The notes beneath the pieces are model-generated. The model did no database searches. It was not told the DNA's origin and worked only from the letters and a program-made list of their open reading frames with translations. This document shows, one piece after another, positions 49,432-58,890 of a stretch of 64,000 nt of DNA. This DNA comes from Acidobacteriota bacterium (lineage in GTDB: Bacteria; Acidobacteriota; Terriglobia; Terriglobales; Acidobacteriaceae). Position 1 is the stretch's first letter, and every line of letters begins with the position of its first letter. A program made the position numbers and the translations under genes. The DNA lies in assembly GCA_021826695.1 (NCBI GenBank), contig JAKAYS010000001.1, positions 7,175-71,174 of the forward strand. Reading direction: 5' to 3'.

Positions 49432-50372
49432 GCCGCAGCGGGCGCCTCCATGTACGCCGACATATGAGAAATGATGTCCTCGGCCGTCGGAGTGTCTGGA
49501 TCCTCTGTCGAGGCTTTGGCCTTTCGGTCATGCAAGACCTCATCCATCGCGGCGACAATCTCCGCCGCCTCCGATGCCGTTGCCACGCGTAGGATTTCGT
49601 TCCTCTTGAGATCGCGGGCCGAGTAGTTGCAGAGACGCTCCTTGATCTGCGCCGCGAAGCGGTTCAACTCGCCGTCCTGATTCACATTGAGACGCGGCAG
49701 GAGGTCGACCAGATCGAAGACGTTGGTGACGAGCGAAGCATGGAAGCGTGAATCTGGCTCGTTCAGCCGGTCGACCATGTGGGAAACCACCTCTCGAAGT
49801 CGCTTCCAGAGATCGTCCGTTCCGCGAGCGAGCGACTCACGGACATTCCGGTCGATCTCACGAGCGACGCGTGTCTGCTCCTCTGCTGAGAGGTTGACGC
49901 GGAAATCTTCGCCCGTTGGAATGGGCAGGACTTCCAGCTTGACAGCAAACTTCTCCCGCAACTTGTCGGCAGCGGGATAGTCTTCTTCGCGAAAGAGGCC
50001 GTTCAGTTCCGGACGCACCTGCTCGATGTAGGACGGGTACACCGCGAGAAAGTCTTCGACGCCCTGGGAGAAGCCCGTCTCGAACTCCCGCATCTGCTCC
50101 GCCAGCTCGAAGTAGAGGTGTGCCGGCAACAGGCGGAACCCCTCGTCCGACCACGGCAGGGTGATCTTGTAGAAGTATTGGCGAATCTGTCCGGCGAGAG
50201 TGCGCAGATGCTCGAGCTTCTCCGCGCCCATCAGGAGTTGCTTGTTGTATCGGCCCGCGCCCGGATGCGCTCCATGTTGGCTGGCGACATCGTGGCTGAC
50301 TTTGCGATCGTGTTTGACCGCCGTCCAGATGCTGATATGGATCACGGCAAGCATGGCCCGTTCGGTAATCAT
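49428..50372 (-). CDS. Helical hypothetical protein (DUF3150-like by pattern), module A
   Basis: 314 aa with ATGA overlaps on both neighbours. N-terminal MLAVIHISIWTAVKHDRKVS. Confidence 0.45.
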   Translation of the reverse strand: MITERAMLAVIHISIWTAVKHDRKVSHDVASQHGAHPGAGRYNKQLLMGAEKLEHLRTLAGQIRQYFYKITLPWSDEGFRLLPAHLYFELAEQMREFETGFSQGVEDFLAVYPSYIEQVRPELNGLFREEDYPAADKLREKFAVKLEVLPIPTGEDFRVNLSAEEQTRVAREIDRNVRESLARGTDDLWKRLREVVSHMVDRLNEPDSRFHASLVTNVFDLVDLLPRLNVNQDGELNRFAAQIKERLCNYSARDLKRNEILRVATASEAAEIVAAMDEVLHDRKAKASTEDPDTPTAEDIISHMSAYMEAPAAA

Positions 50373-51379
50373 TGAATGACCTCCGCATGTTCGACACCGA
50401 AGCGAATGAACTCCGGCGTGAAAGTAATGGCGCGATCCCGCGCCGAGGCGTCGCGCATGGCCAGCACGCGCATCTCTGTGGGCATCCGGTCGAGGTACTT
50501 GATCCCATTGGCCAGGGAGTGATCGGTCATGGCCCGGCCGAGGGCCGTGGCGATGGCAATCTGTGCGGATGGCTCGTTGGGAAGCGGCGCAGTCTCCGGG
50601 TTCAACAGGATCTCGTGAATCGACGGCAACTGACGGAACAGCCGCAGGAACGCGACGAACTCAGTGGCCGCCGCAGGCCCGATCGTCCCTTCGAGGAGTT
50701 GGACTTCGATCTCGTTCGCGCCGGACAGCAGGCCGTTCTTCTGCCGGTACGAGAATCCATTCAGCACATTCGACGCCATCTCCCAGGAGCGGGGAGTGGG
50801 CCATGCGTTTGCATCCGACGTTGCGTCCCCATCCTGCAGCAACGCGGGCTTGAAGCGAAGGAAAGCGATGACTTCCGGCCGCACCTTCGCCCGAACCGCC
50901 CACTTGCACCAGTCTTCGAGATCCGCATCGAGGTTGAGGTGAACGAACCGGTTGCGAAGGGGCCGCGGCATCGAGAAGTGAACGCCGCGCTCCGAGGCTG
51001 GGTTCCCGGCGGCAATCACTACCCACTCTTCGGGCAGGACATATTCACCCAGTCTGCGATCGAGCACGAGCTGATAACAGCCGGCCTGTGTCATTTGCGG
51101 CGCCGAGGTCAGCTCATCGAGAAAAAGAATTCCCTTGCCCGAGGTTGGAAGAAATTTCGGGGGTACCCATTCGGTCCGATCGGAAGCAATGCGGGGCAAT
51201 CCGCGCAGATCGACTGGATCGAGTTGTACGGCGCGAATGTCGAGGAAGTTCAGATCGAGGTCGTTTGCCACCTGGGAGACGATCTGCGACTTACCGACGC
51301 CGCAGGCACCCCAGATGTGCAGAGGCACACGTTCCGCTATCAGCGCATGGAGCGCTTCATACAGCATGCTTGGTTTCAT
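50369..51379 (-). CDS. MoxR-like AAA+ ATPase, module A
   Basis: Walker A WGACGVGKSQ, Walker B ILFLDELTSA, AAGNP, RNRFVHL. Confidence 0.8.
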   Translation of the reverse strand: MKPSMLYEALHALIAERVPLHIWGACGVGKSQIVSQVANDLDLNFLDIRAVQLDPVDLRGLPRIASDRTEWVPPKFLPTSGKGILFLDELTSAPQMTQAGCYQLVLDRRLGEYVLPEEWVVIAAGNPASERGVHFSMPRPLRNRFVHLNLDADLEDWCKWAVRAKVRPEVIAFLRFKPALLQDGDATSDANAWPTPRSWEMASNVLNGFSYRQKNGLLSGANEIEVQLLEGTIGPAAATEFVAFLRLFRQLPSIHEILLNPETAPLPNEPSAQIAIATALGRAMTDHSLANGIKYLDRMPTEMRVLAMRDASARDRAITFTPEFIRFGVEHAEVIQ

Positions 51380-51632
51380 GAATTGTCCTTGTTGGTTTGG
51401 GAGAGATGGTGAAGAGGAGCGAGGATTACGTTTTCCGTTGCAGTGCTCAGACCTCTTTCGGAGAGGAACTCATTCAGGCCGCGACCGGGAGGCGACGCCG
51501 CACAGACAGAGCCGGCAAGTCACGCCACCGCTCCCACCGTACTTTGCGTGCAATGGGAACCTCGTTCAAACTCCGCGTTCAGGAGTCAGGAGTAAGCAAC
51601 AGTGGCACCGGAGGCTACGTCCATCCTTGCGC

Positions 51633-52046
51633 TCATGGCTGGTCTTCGTTGTGGCCCTTCAAATCTTGCGGTCCCTCCACCTCGGGAATTCGAAACGACT
51701 GCACCGCGCGTCTCTGGGAGGCCGTCAATCCATTCATCCAACTGCGGATCGGCATCTCGCGCAAAAAATCCGCTGGCGTAAGGATCGCCTTCATGTCTTC
51801 GAGGATATGGACCTCGGCAATCGTCCGCGTCGCAACCGCGCCTCCGTCAGATGCCCGTTTGTAGAGGTCTCCGAAGAACTGTTCGCAGAGTGCGACACCG
51901 AAGGTCGTGTGCAGCAGCGCCCGGTGACGCCAATCCGCCAGATAGAGCTTCGACTGGTCGAGAAATTTGTGGATCGCCACATAATCTTCCGGTGTTCCTC
52001 CAAACCGGCGCGCTGAAGACTCGCTGTGGAACTGAACGTTACCCAT
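51633..52046 (-). CDS. Hypothetical 137-aa protein, module B
   Basis: FHSESSARRFGGTPEDYVAIHKFLDQSK...WRHRALLH. Starts 3 nt after the upstream stop. Confidence 0.45.
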   Translation of the reverse strand: MGNVQFHSESSARRFGGTPEDYVAIHKFLDQSKLYLADWRHRALLHTTFGVALCEQFFGDLYKRASDGGAVATRTIAEVHILEDMKAILTPADFLREMPIRSWMNGLTASQRRAVQSFRIPEVEGPQDLKGHNEDQP

Positions 52047-52049
52047 GCC

Positions 52050-52799
52050 TCAATCTCCTCTCAGAAGAAGCTGCTTCGCTTCGGCCGCCGTTCCATGCTC
52101 AGTCAGAATCTGGACGAGTTCCTGACGGGCCTCGGCGAGTTCGTGAAAACTAGGCTTCTGGATGGTGTAATCGACCGTGCTGGGCGATTCACAGTACCCG
52201 CTGGCACGGCCCGACGCTCCGTCGTTGTATTCCAGGTGAAAACCGACCGGCCAGTTCCATTGCAGACCGAGATCGATCAATTCTCGAAGGGTATCTTTGG
52301 TCGCATCCGAAATCTCGCCGTCTTCCATCAACTCACAATAGTCATCGACACAGGCGGACTGATTTTCGGTGGCCGCGTTGATGGTTACGCCAACTTCTTC
52401 CCTGGAGCCATCCCAGATGGAAGGGAAGGCATAGAGGACCAGCCGGACAACTCTCTCTAGTTCCTCCTCACTGCCGCTCTCGAAGGAGAGAGATTCGCTG
52501 CCGTAGTCGGCTTCGCGAAGCACCCGGTCCTCATCGAGTTGATCATTGATCTCGTCCCAGAAGATTTCGGTTGCGTGGTCGTGAAGGACCTCATCGCGTT
52601 TTTCCGGATCGAGTCCGTCGAGGATCGATGGTTCCCAGGAAAAGGCAATCTCTTCGTCTCCGTACTCGAGGTCCTTGCAGGTCCCACTTCCGTCCATACG
52701 GTAGGAGAATTGAAATGGTATTTCCTCGTACTCACCGACATCGACCCGGATCGAATAGACGACGGCTTCCGGGGAGCATGACTCAACTTCAGTATTCAT
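52050..52799 (-). CDS. Strongly acidic 249-aa hypothetical protein, module B (the ORF-track N-terminal extension to 53213 is rejected)
   Basis: ATG 52799 overlaps the VWA-2 stop (ATGA). Sequence is rich in D/E (EYGDEEIAF, DEINDQLDEDRVLREADYGSESLSFESGSEEELE). Confidence 0.55.
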   Translation of the reverse strand: MNTEVESCSPEAVVYSIRVDVGEYEEIPFQFSYRMDGSGTCKDLEYGDEEIAFSWEPSILDGLDPEKRDEVLHDHATEIFWDEINDQLDEDRVLREADYGSESLSFESGSEEELERVVRLVLYAFPSIWDGSREEVGVTINAATENQSACVDDYCELMEDGEISDATKDTLRELIDLGLQWNWPVGFHLEYNDGASGRASGYCESPSTVDYTIQKPSFHELAEARQELVQILTEHGTAAEAKQLLLRGD

Positions 52800-53992
52800 A
52801 AGCCTCCTTTGGCAGGCAGCAAGAGTTTGCGTCCGAATGGCACCGCAAGGTCCTGGGTGGCCGCCCACAACAAGGGGAAGGCGGGCTTCTTTTCCGGGAA
52901 GGCGCCTTCCAGATCGGTAAAGTACACGGCAACGTCGAGTGGAACGCGACGCAGTGCTTCGAGGGCGGGTCGGAAATCGGTGCCGCCTCCGCCCCTGGCC
53001 ACATATCCCTGAATCGGCTTCCGATGCATGGACACTTGCTGGACGCGAGCATCGCAATCGACCAGCAGGACCTCGCATCCCGTCCTGGTCATCAGGCTGT
53101 TGATCTCGGAGATAAAAGTATGGAGAAGCTTGTCGCCGATGGAGCCGGAGGTATCGATCACGACACCGGCACGGCGGACTCCCCGACGGCGATCCGTGCC
53201 GGGTTCCATCCAAACGGCATCTTTCCCCAAGGCAAGTGTGCGCCGGCTTGGGCGATTCCAGGATGCTTCGGTCAGAGGCATCAGCCGCGCCGTCAGAAAG
53301 TTCCTCAATACCGCCTCCCAGCGCACAACGGATTTCGGTACATCCGCCGCAAGACGCCGTAACAAGGATGCGGGAGCCGAACCGGCCTGGGCGCGCAGCA
53401 ATCTCTGCCGCCAGATGCCCTGTTCCAGGCTCTGCTCGTGAACTCCAGGCGCCGGAAAAGACGCTTCGCCCGCGCTGTCAAGATCTCCTCCGAGGATTCG
53501 ATCTCCGTTGCTGAGAATCTCGTCGCGCCTCTTCTCATCGCGTTTGACCTCGGCGTAAAGTTCCTCCGCCGTCCAGAGTTCCGCGGGCCATTGCTTCAAC
53601 TGTTCCGAGGCGAGGCAGTCCTCGGGGTACAACGCTCCCGACGGCAGCGCGCACCAGTGGCAGGCGCGGATCGAATGATTGATGACGGCGTCGCACGCGA
53701 TGTTCCAACAGCGGCCATCGAAGGCGCTTCCTTCGCGGTTCGCCAGCGCATCACCCCGTTGCACATGCCGGAGCGCGACATGGAGTGCCTCGTGAATGGC
53801 AATCGCCACCTGCTCTTCGGGCTTGTACTCGAAATAGCGCTCGGCAAAATACATCCTTCTGCCATCGGTCCAGGCAATACGTCCTCGATCGGTGACGGTC
53901 ACGGCGGGAACATACAGCAGAATGCCCGCCAGTCCGACATCTTTGCTGACGGCGCGCCGCAGATTGCGGGAAAGCATCTCCTGGGTCGTCAT
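52796..53992 (-). CDS. VWA-domain protein with N-terminal HExxH metallopeptidase-like domain (DUF2201-type), module B
   Basis: AIHEALHVALRH, IACDAVIN, MIDAS-like VVIDTSGSI, YFTDLEG. Paralogue of 48211-49431. Confidence 0.75.
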   Translation of the reverse strand: MTTQEMLSRNLRRAVSKDVGLAGILLYVPAVTVTDRGRIAWTDGRRMYFAERYFEYKPEEQVAIAIHEALHVALRHVQRGDALANREGSAFDGRCWNIACDAVINHSIRACHWCALPSGALYPEDCLASEQLKQWPAELWTAEELYAEVKRDEKRRDEILSNGDRILGGDLDSAGEASFPAPGVHEQSLEQGIWRQRLLRAQAGSAPASLLRRLAADVPKSVVRWEAVLRNFLTARLMPLTEASWNRPSRRTLALGKDAVWMEPGTDRRRGVRRAGVVIDTSGSIGDKLLHTFISEINSLMTRTGCEVLLVDCDARVQQVSMHRKPIQGYVARGGGGTDFRPALEALRRVPLDVAVYFTDLEGAFPEKKPAFPLLWAATQDLAVPFGRKLLLPAKGGL

Positions 53993-54001
53993 AGGCCGCT
54001 C

Positions 54002-55072
54002 CTAGTGAACCAACTCCTGCGCTTTGCTGCGGTAGACGCGCTGATAGGTCTCGGATCGGGTCAGCGCCTGAAATTGGTTGGTGCGGTGGGCCTTGCCAAG
54101 CAGCAACTCCATGCCCAGCGACTGGATCTCTCTGCGCGGCAGCGCATCGGAGATCTGGCTGACCGCCTCCAGCAGTTCGATGCCCTGCTCATACTGCGCG
54201 AGCTTTGAGGTATATCGAACGAGCGAGTACGTGAGCCCGTAGAGGCCAGGCAGCGTTGCCGGCACCTTTCGTGCGGCTTCTTTCGCAGGCAGGCTGAGCA
54301 GCTTGTCGATCGGGGGCAATTGACCGATCTCTTCGAGGGTGTGAAAAAACTGCACGGCTACAGCCTCTCCCACCAGTCCGTTGACGGCGATTGAGCGCAC
54401 GCGCTTATCCTTGGTCGCCTCCAGCACACGGGATACGCGGGTCCAGGAGCGCGGGGATGGCGTGACCAGTTGCTCGGTCTGCTCCTGGCCGCCGCAACTA
54501 TCGAGCATCTCCGGGCGGACTCGGAGAAAGGTAATCACCTCGGAGGCAATTGAATAATTCATCGCCCACTCCATCCAGTCCTCCGGATTCGCCACAACAT
54601 TGAGGTGCACGAACCGGTCCGCAAGCGCGGTTCCCATCCCATAGCTCACGGCCCCATCCTCGGGAGCATTGCCGGCGCCGACCACCCATGCCTGATCGGG
54701 AAGGCGATGTTTGCCGATGCACCGATCGAGAATGAGCTGATAGGCCGAGGCCTGAATGCGGGGCTCTGCCGCAGTCAACTCGTCCAGGAAGATCGCAACC
54801 GGAGTATCGATCTCGGGAAGGAACTCCGGCCGCATCCACTCTGTCTGTCCGGTTTCGTAGTTGATATGCGGTAGGCCGCGAAGGTCGCAGGATTCCAGCG
54901 TCGTCAGGCGCACGTCGATCAGATCCATTTTGTTGGTCTGCGCATACTGCCGGATGAGGTCCGATTTTCCGATGCCTGGTTTTCCCCAGAGGAACACCGG
55001 CATACGAAGGTCATAAGCCGTCGGCAGAAATCTGGCGACTTCTTTGGGGCTGCTGGGTAGCGTATTCAGCAT
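54002..55072 (-). CDS. MoxR-like AAA+ ATPase, module B (start moved to ATG 55072)
   Basis: Walker A WGKPGIGKSD, Walker B IFLDELTAA, GAGNAP, ADRFVHL. Paralogue of 50369-51379. Confidence 0.8.
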   Translation of the reverse strand: MLNTLPSSPKEVARFLPTAYDLRMPVFLWGKPGIGKSDLIRQYAQTNKMDLIDVRLTTLESCDLRGLPHINYETGQTEWMRPEFLPEIDTPVAIFLDELTAAEPRIQASAYQLILDRCIGKHRLPDQAWVVGAGNAPEDGAVSYGMGTALADRFVHLNVVANPEDWMEWAMNYSIASEVITFLRVRPEMLDSCGGQEQTEQLVTPSPRSWTRVSRVLEATKDKRVRSIAVNGLVGEAVAVQFFHTLEEIGQLPPIDKLLSLPAKEAARKVPATLPGLYGLTYSLVRYTSKLAQYEQGIELLEAVSQISDALPRREIQSLGMELLLGKAHRTNQFQALTRSETYQRVYRSKAQELVH

Positions 55073-55325
55073 GAATGGTCCTTTTTGGGGGGTTTCTGAA
55101 AACGTTGGTCCGTCACTCTCCTCAGAAGCGGTCCTCGAAGGAGTCCAGCCCGGAGACGCGGGCACTCGTGTCAGCGCCACGATCGTTATGCGAGGAGCGG
55201 GCTTCGAGGACGGCGTGAAGATCTCGCGCCGAAGACTCTACATCACATCGCGCGAGACTTTAGAAATTGAGGACTGGAGGACCTTCGATCGGCAAGGAGC
55301 GATCCAGTGTGGCGAGACGAAGATG

Positions 55326-55592
55326 CTATTGCAGCCTTTGGATCACGCCTTTCAGATCGTCGATGGCATGGCTCAGGGCGAGACGGGCTTCCTGAAGCTG
55401 TGCGCTTCGGGAAGCCCTTGCGTCGAAGGTATCTCTGATCTCTGAGACGATGAACTGGGCCAGCGTATCGCCAGAGCCTTGTCTGCGCTCACCCGTCTCC
55501 GGGTCAAAATATTCCGCGAGGTAGCCATCCGCATAGGCTTCGTTGGCCAGGTTCAGTAATTCAACGAGAGAAAGTTTTTCTGGTTCTGCCAT
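55326..55592 (-). CDS. Small hypothetical protein
   Basis: MAEPEKLSLVELLNLANEAYADGYLAEYF... The internal ATG is more plausible than the 55751 start. Confidence 0.3.
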   Translation of the reverse strand: MAEPEKLSLVELLNLANEAYADGYLAEYFDPETGERRQGSGDTLAQFIVSEIRDTFDARASRSAQLQEARLALSHAIDDLKGVIQRLQ

Positions 55593-55894
55593 GATCGGCT
55601 CCATAGAAGAAGTGAGTCTTGCCGAACTTTGTGCCGCCACGGCTTCCTGATGGCTGTCAGGCCTGTTTTTCGGAAGCGGGGCACTCGTATCCGGCTTCGA
55701 TGCGACTGTTCGTTCAGGGACCCATTCGATCAGACCTTGGGCCCAAGACACCGATTTCGCTCCTCCATCCCAGGATGTCGTCTGGATATTGTGGAGGTGT
55801 CATCGGAATGGGTGCTGCAAGGAATAAGGATCTCAGCGATCCGGAGCCGCCAGTGAGGACTCTCCCTCGCATAACTTCCAGGTCGCCGCAAGAT

Positions 55895-56455
55895 TCATTC
55901 CTTCATGAACAGCCGGTACAGGCGGTCGACTCGAGCCGCATTGCGCGCCAGAATCCTGTTCTTTCCGAGCTGCAGGGCCGGGCTCGCAAAGCCGAGCCTG
56001 CGGGCCAACTCCGCCCTACTGAAACCCTCCTCGAGCAGCGTGTGAATCTGCCGCCAGGTCTTGCCAGCGGGCACCAGCGCCGCGTCGCTGACGGCGAGAT
56101 TGGTCACTTCAAGAATTCTGTTCAGGGTCCGTTTCCGAATCTGCGTGCGTCGGCCACACCTTATCTGGGCGATGATCGAGGCGGAAACGTCCGAGGCGTC
56201 TGCAACCGCGCGCCGTCCAACACCCTGTTTGGATAAACGCAAGATGTGTCTCCTCGCGGCGTCCGCAGGAACCAGCCCATTCCAGTTCCCGCTCTTACGC
56301 GCTTTCGCCCGCTCGCACTCGTACCGCGAATTTGCTGCGCGGCAGGGCAGGCATCGGCAGCCCGCCATGTACTTCAAACGGATGCCGTGAGATTTTTGTG
56401 CTGCAAGCTCCGCGACGTCTCGAAGGTGCATTGGTCGCATCTGACAATCCTCCAT
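55895..56455 (-). CDS. Hypothetical protein, Cys-rich N-terminus and probable HTH
   Basis: GCRCLPCRAANSRYECERAK, then QGVGRRAVADASDVSASIIAQIRCGRR and FSRAELARRLG. Start uncertain (56431-56563). Confidence 0.35.
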   Translation of the reverse strand: MEDCQMRPMHLRDVAELAAQKSHGIRLKYMAGCRCLPCRAANSRYECERAKARKSGNWNGLVPADAARRHILRLSKQGVGRRAVADASDVSASIIAQIRCGRRTQIRKRTLNRILEVTNLAVSDAALVPAGKTWRQIHTLLEEGFSRAELARRLGFASPALQLGKNRILARNAARVDRLYRLFMKE

Positions 56456-56601
56456 AACGGCGCACACCTGTGCGCTCAGTGATCTCCAGGCTGGGGATGT
56501 GGGTGAACCTATGTTGATGGCGGAGAGAACGGGTTTCAGGGTGGGCCGCTCCCGTGAATCCACGGATCAGACGGGGTGAGAGATTGACTGAAACTCCGCG
56601 G

Positions 56602-56907
56602 TCAAACGGAACTTTGCGATGGGTTCAGAGCGGTACAGGCGGTGTGCAAGCGGGCTGCGTGACCGACTTTGCCGGAAGATCCTGTATATGGCGTTTCCAC
56701 GCAATGATTTTTCGAGATCAGGTCCGTCCCGGCGGCGAGCTTTGCCAGGGACTCGGAGCGGTCTACGATATGCAGTTGAACAAGCGCGGTATGGTGCACC
56801 AGGCCCTCGCACAACTGAAAGGTCAAATTCTCAATGCTTTGGCGCGTCGTGAGATCTTCCCTGGTGACAACCTCAACGTACACACGACGATAGATAGGCG
56901 CGGCCAT
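56602..56907 (-). CDS. Small hypothetical protein
   Basis: ORF with internal ATG MAAPIYRRVYVEVVTREDL; no recognisable motif. Confidence 0.25.
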   Translation of the reverse strand: MAAPIYRRVYVEVVTREDLTTRQSIENLTFQLCEGLVHHTALVQLHIVDRSESLAKLAAGTDLISKNHCVETPYTGSSGKVGHAARLHTACTALNPSQSSV

Positions 56908-57220
56908 GCAAGACACCTCGTTTGTTTGTTTTTTTGAGTTTCCGAGAAGGAGAGAACCTTCCATCGAGTTCAAGCAGGTGCATTCTGAGACACGAATGAA
57001 CGCAGGCAGCGAGGAGTGGCGCTGCCCAAGCGTACCGAGAGAACTCGCGGCCGTGACAGATTCGGGAGCTTACGCCCGTCGCCTCTCGATGCCCTCGCGC
57101 ACATGTCTCGACCACCGAGCCATGATGCTGCTTCGGGCTGTTGACTGCTGCCCGAATGAGGCTCAGCGGCACTGAGGATTACTAGCTTTTTGTAGCTTCG
57201 CCAATGTTTCGAGAAATGCC

Positions 57221-57727
57221 TTAGGTCGGATATTCCACCTGCCCGGGCAAATCTTGCTGTTGCGTGCCAGATGACTCCAGGCGCGGAGGCTCCGGGAACC
57301 TGCCGACTCCGGCGGCGGCCTTGGCCGCTTGTTTCCGCTGCGAGATCGTTGCAGGCAAATGCGTAATGCGTTCGATCTCTTTCTCCGTCTCGAGCAACAG
57401 GTCAAACCTATGCGCCTCGGCCAGGGCAAAGAGCGTGACGGTGACACCCGCGGCTTCCTGCTTTACTTCACCCGGTGGCCGTGCATAGACATAGGCTGCA
57501 ATTGCTTCCAAATCGGCGATCTCCATGCCCGACGCCTGGGCGAGTTCGCAGGCCTCTTCGACAACCCTTGCGATACGTTCTTGTGCGTCTTCGAGTGCCG
57601 TCTGTCCGAACCTCGTCGAGATCCATTCCCGGACGGCTTCTTGATAGTCGGTTTCGTTGGCTGGTTTTGTTCCCATCGCATTCCTCTCAGCGACTGCTGG
57701 AATCACCGTGGCTGAATACGACTTCAT
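57221..57727 (-). CDS. Possible MazG-like all-alpha NTP pyrophosphohydrolase
   Basis: ERIARVVEEACELAQA (EExxE-like) and a later acidic helix (LLLETEKEIERI). Weak, pattern only. Confidence 0.35.
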   Translation of the reverse strand: MKSYSATVIPAVAERNAMGTKPANETDYQEAVREWISTRFGQTALEDAQERIARVVEEACELAQASGMEIADLEAIAAYVYARPPGEVKQEAAGVTVTLFALAEAHRFDLLLETEKEIERITHLPATISQRKQAAKAAAGVGRFPEPPRLESSGTQQQDLPGQVEYPT

Positions 57728-57772
57728 GGCAACCTCTTCTGTGACGACGGACTTGGCTACCGGCGAGCGGAG

Positions 57773-58435
57773 TCAGGCAGCCATCATCTCGACGTAGACT
57801 CTGTGGTTTCTGCGCCGCTTGTTGAGGCGCCCATCTGCAAACGCTTGATAGACAATCTGTCGCTCGGCGTCTCGTGCGGCACGATACGCCCGCGCGATCT
57901 GGTGGCAGAGATTCCAGATCATCTCCGGTGGGAAGCTCGATGCGATATGTCCCCAGGTATCGCCCGCCACCAGATTGTCGAAGGCATAGCCGAACATGCC
58001 TCCCCCGTGGTGCTCAAGGACCACGATTCCGTTTTTGTAGAGCCCGGAAGGATTGCGGTAGATTCCATAGCGGTAACTATCACCGGTCCATCGGGTCGTG
58101 GAATTCGATCCGCTGGGCCGCGCTTCGCCGAAGATCCCGGCGCCAAGAAACTCGAGCCCGCTCACAGGCGCCTCGCGTGCCTCACCGCTGTTGAGATGGT
58201 CTTGCATGTTGTAGCAGCGGACGGTCTGCGGCGGCTCTGGTCCCGATTCCCCGAACCAGAGCTGTGCTACGTCATCGGTTGTCCAAAAGTGTCCTGGACG
58301 AGATTGTGTTGGTTGCATTGCGCATTCCTTTTCTTGCATGAATGTTTGCCGGACGGCAGGCTGGCTGTGTAGGGAAGTTCTCCCCGGCGAGGTACGCTCA
58401 TCCTTCGTTAACCGCTTCAGTGTCTCGAAGGCCAC
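57773..58435 (-). CDS. Hypothetical protein
   Basis: 220-aa ORF, start uncertain (58318-58435), no recognised motif. Confidence 0.3.
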   Translation of the reverse strand: MAFETLKRLTKDERTSPGRTSLHSQPAVRQTFMQEKECAMQPTQSRPGHFWTTDDVAQLWFGESGPEPPQTVRCYNMQDHLNSGEAREAPVSGLEFLGAGIFGEARPSGSNSTTRWTGDSYRYGIYRNPSGLYKNGIVVLEHHGGGMFGYAFDNLVAGDTWGHIASSFPPEMIWNLCHQIARAYRAARDAERQIVYQAFADGRLNKRRRNHRVYVEMMAA

Positions 58436-58713
58436 ACTCCGACCATGGCGGTATAAAGCGCGTGTCTGCCTCTTTCCGGGAGCTCACCGCATCCGGATAC
58501 GAGGACGAATGGGCGTCCCCAGCAGGCGGCGCAGCCTCCGGGGTTCGGTGACGGATCGAACCGCCTCGCCATCATGCGCGCGATTTCCGCAGAGCAGAAT
58601 TGATCTTGCAGGATGTCCGCCACGCGGCAGGTCTCAAAGGGAGCCTCACATGGATCGAGGAACCGGCGCACGGGATCGCCCTGGCCGAATCGGTAGATCG
58701 CTGGTTTTGACAT
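58417..58713 (-). CDS. Hypothetical Cys-containing small protein
   Basis: 98-aa ORF on the same strand as its neighbours. Confidence 0.3.
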   Translation of the reverse strand: MSKPAIYRFGQGDPVRRFLDPCEAPFETCRVADILQDQFCSAEIARMMARRFDPSPNPGGCAACWGRPFVLVSGCGELPERGRHALYTAMVGVWPSRH

Positions 58714-58890
58714 AGGAATCGAGTAGGAACGGCGTGGACGGCTTAGCGCAGGACCGACGCCGGGTTGAAACTCCCGATGGACATAAAAGGGGAATATCTT
58801 TCGGCGTCTGACTCACAAGATGAAATTGGCCACTGCGTAGTATCCGAGGATTGTGTCGCGTGGACGGACGCCATACGCTGCTCCTCGTTG

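Noticed and set aside
52800-53213. N-terminal extension of the 52050-53213 ORF (387 aa).
   Set aside because: It overlaps the well-supported VWA-2 gene in another frame and is Arg/Pro-rich. ATG 52799 gives a classic ATGA stop/start overlap instead.
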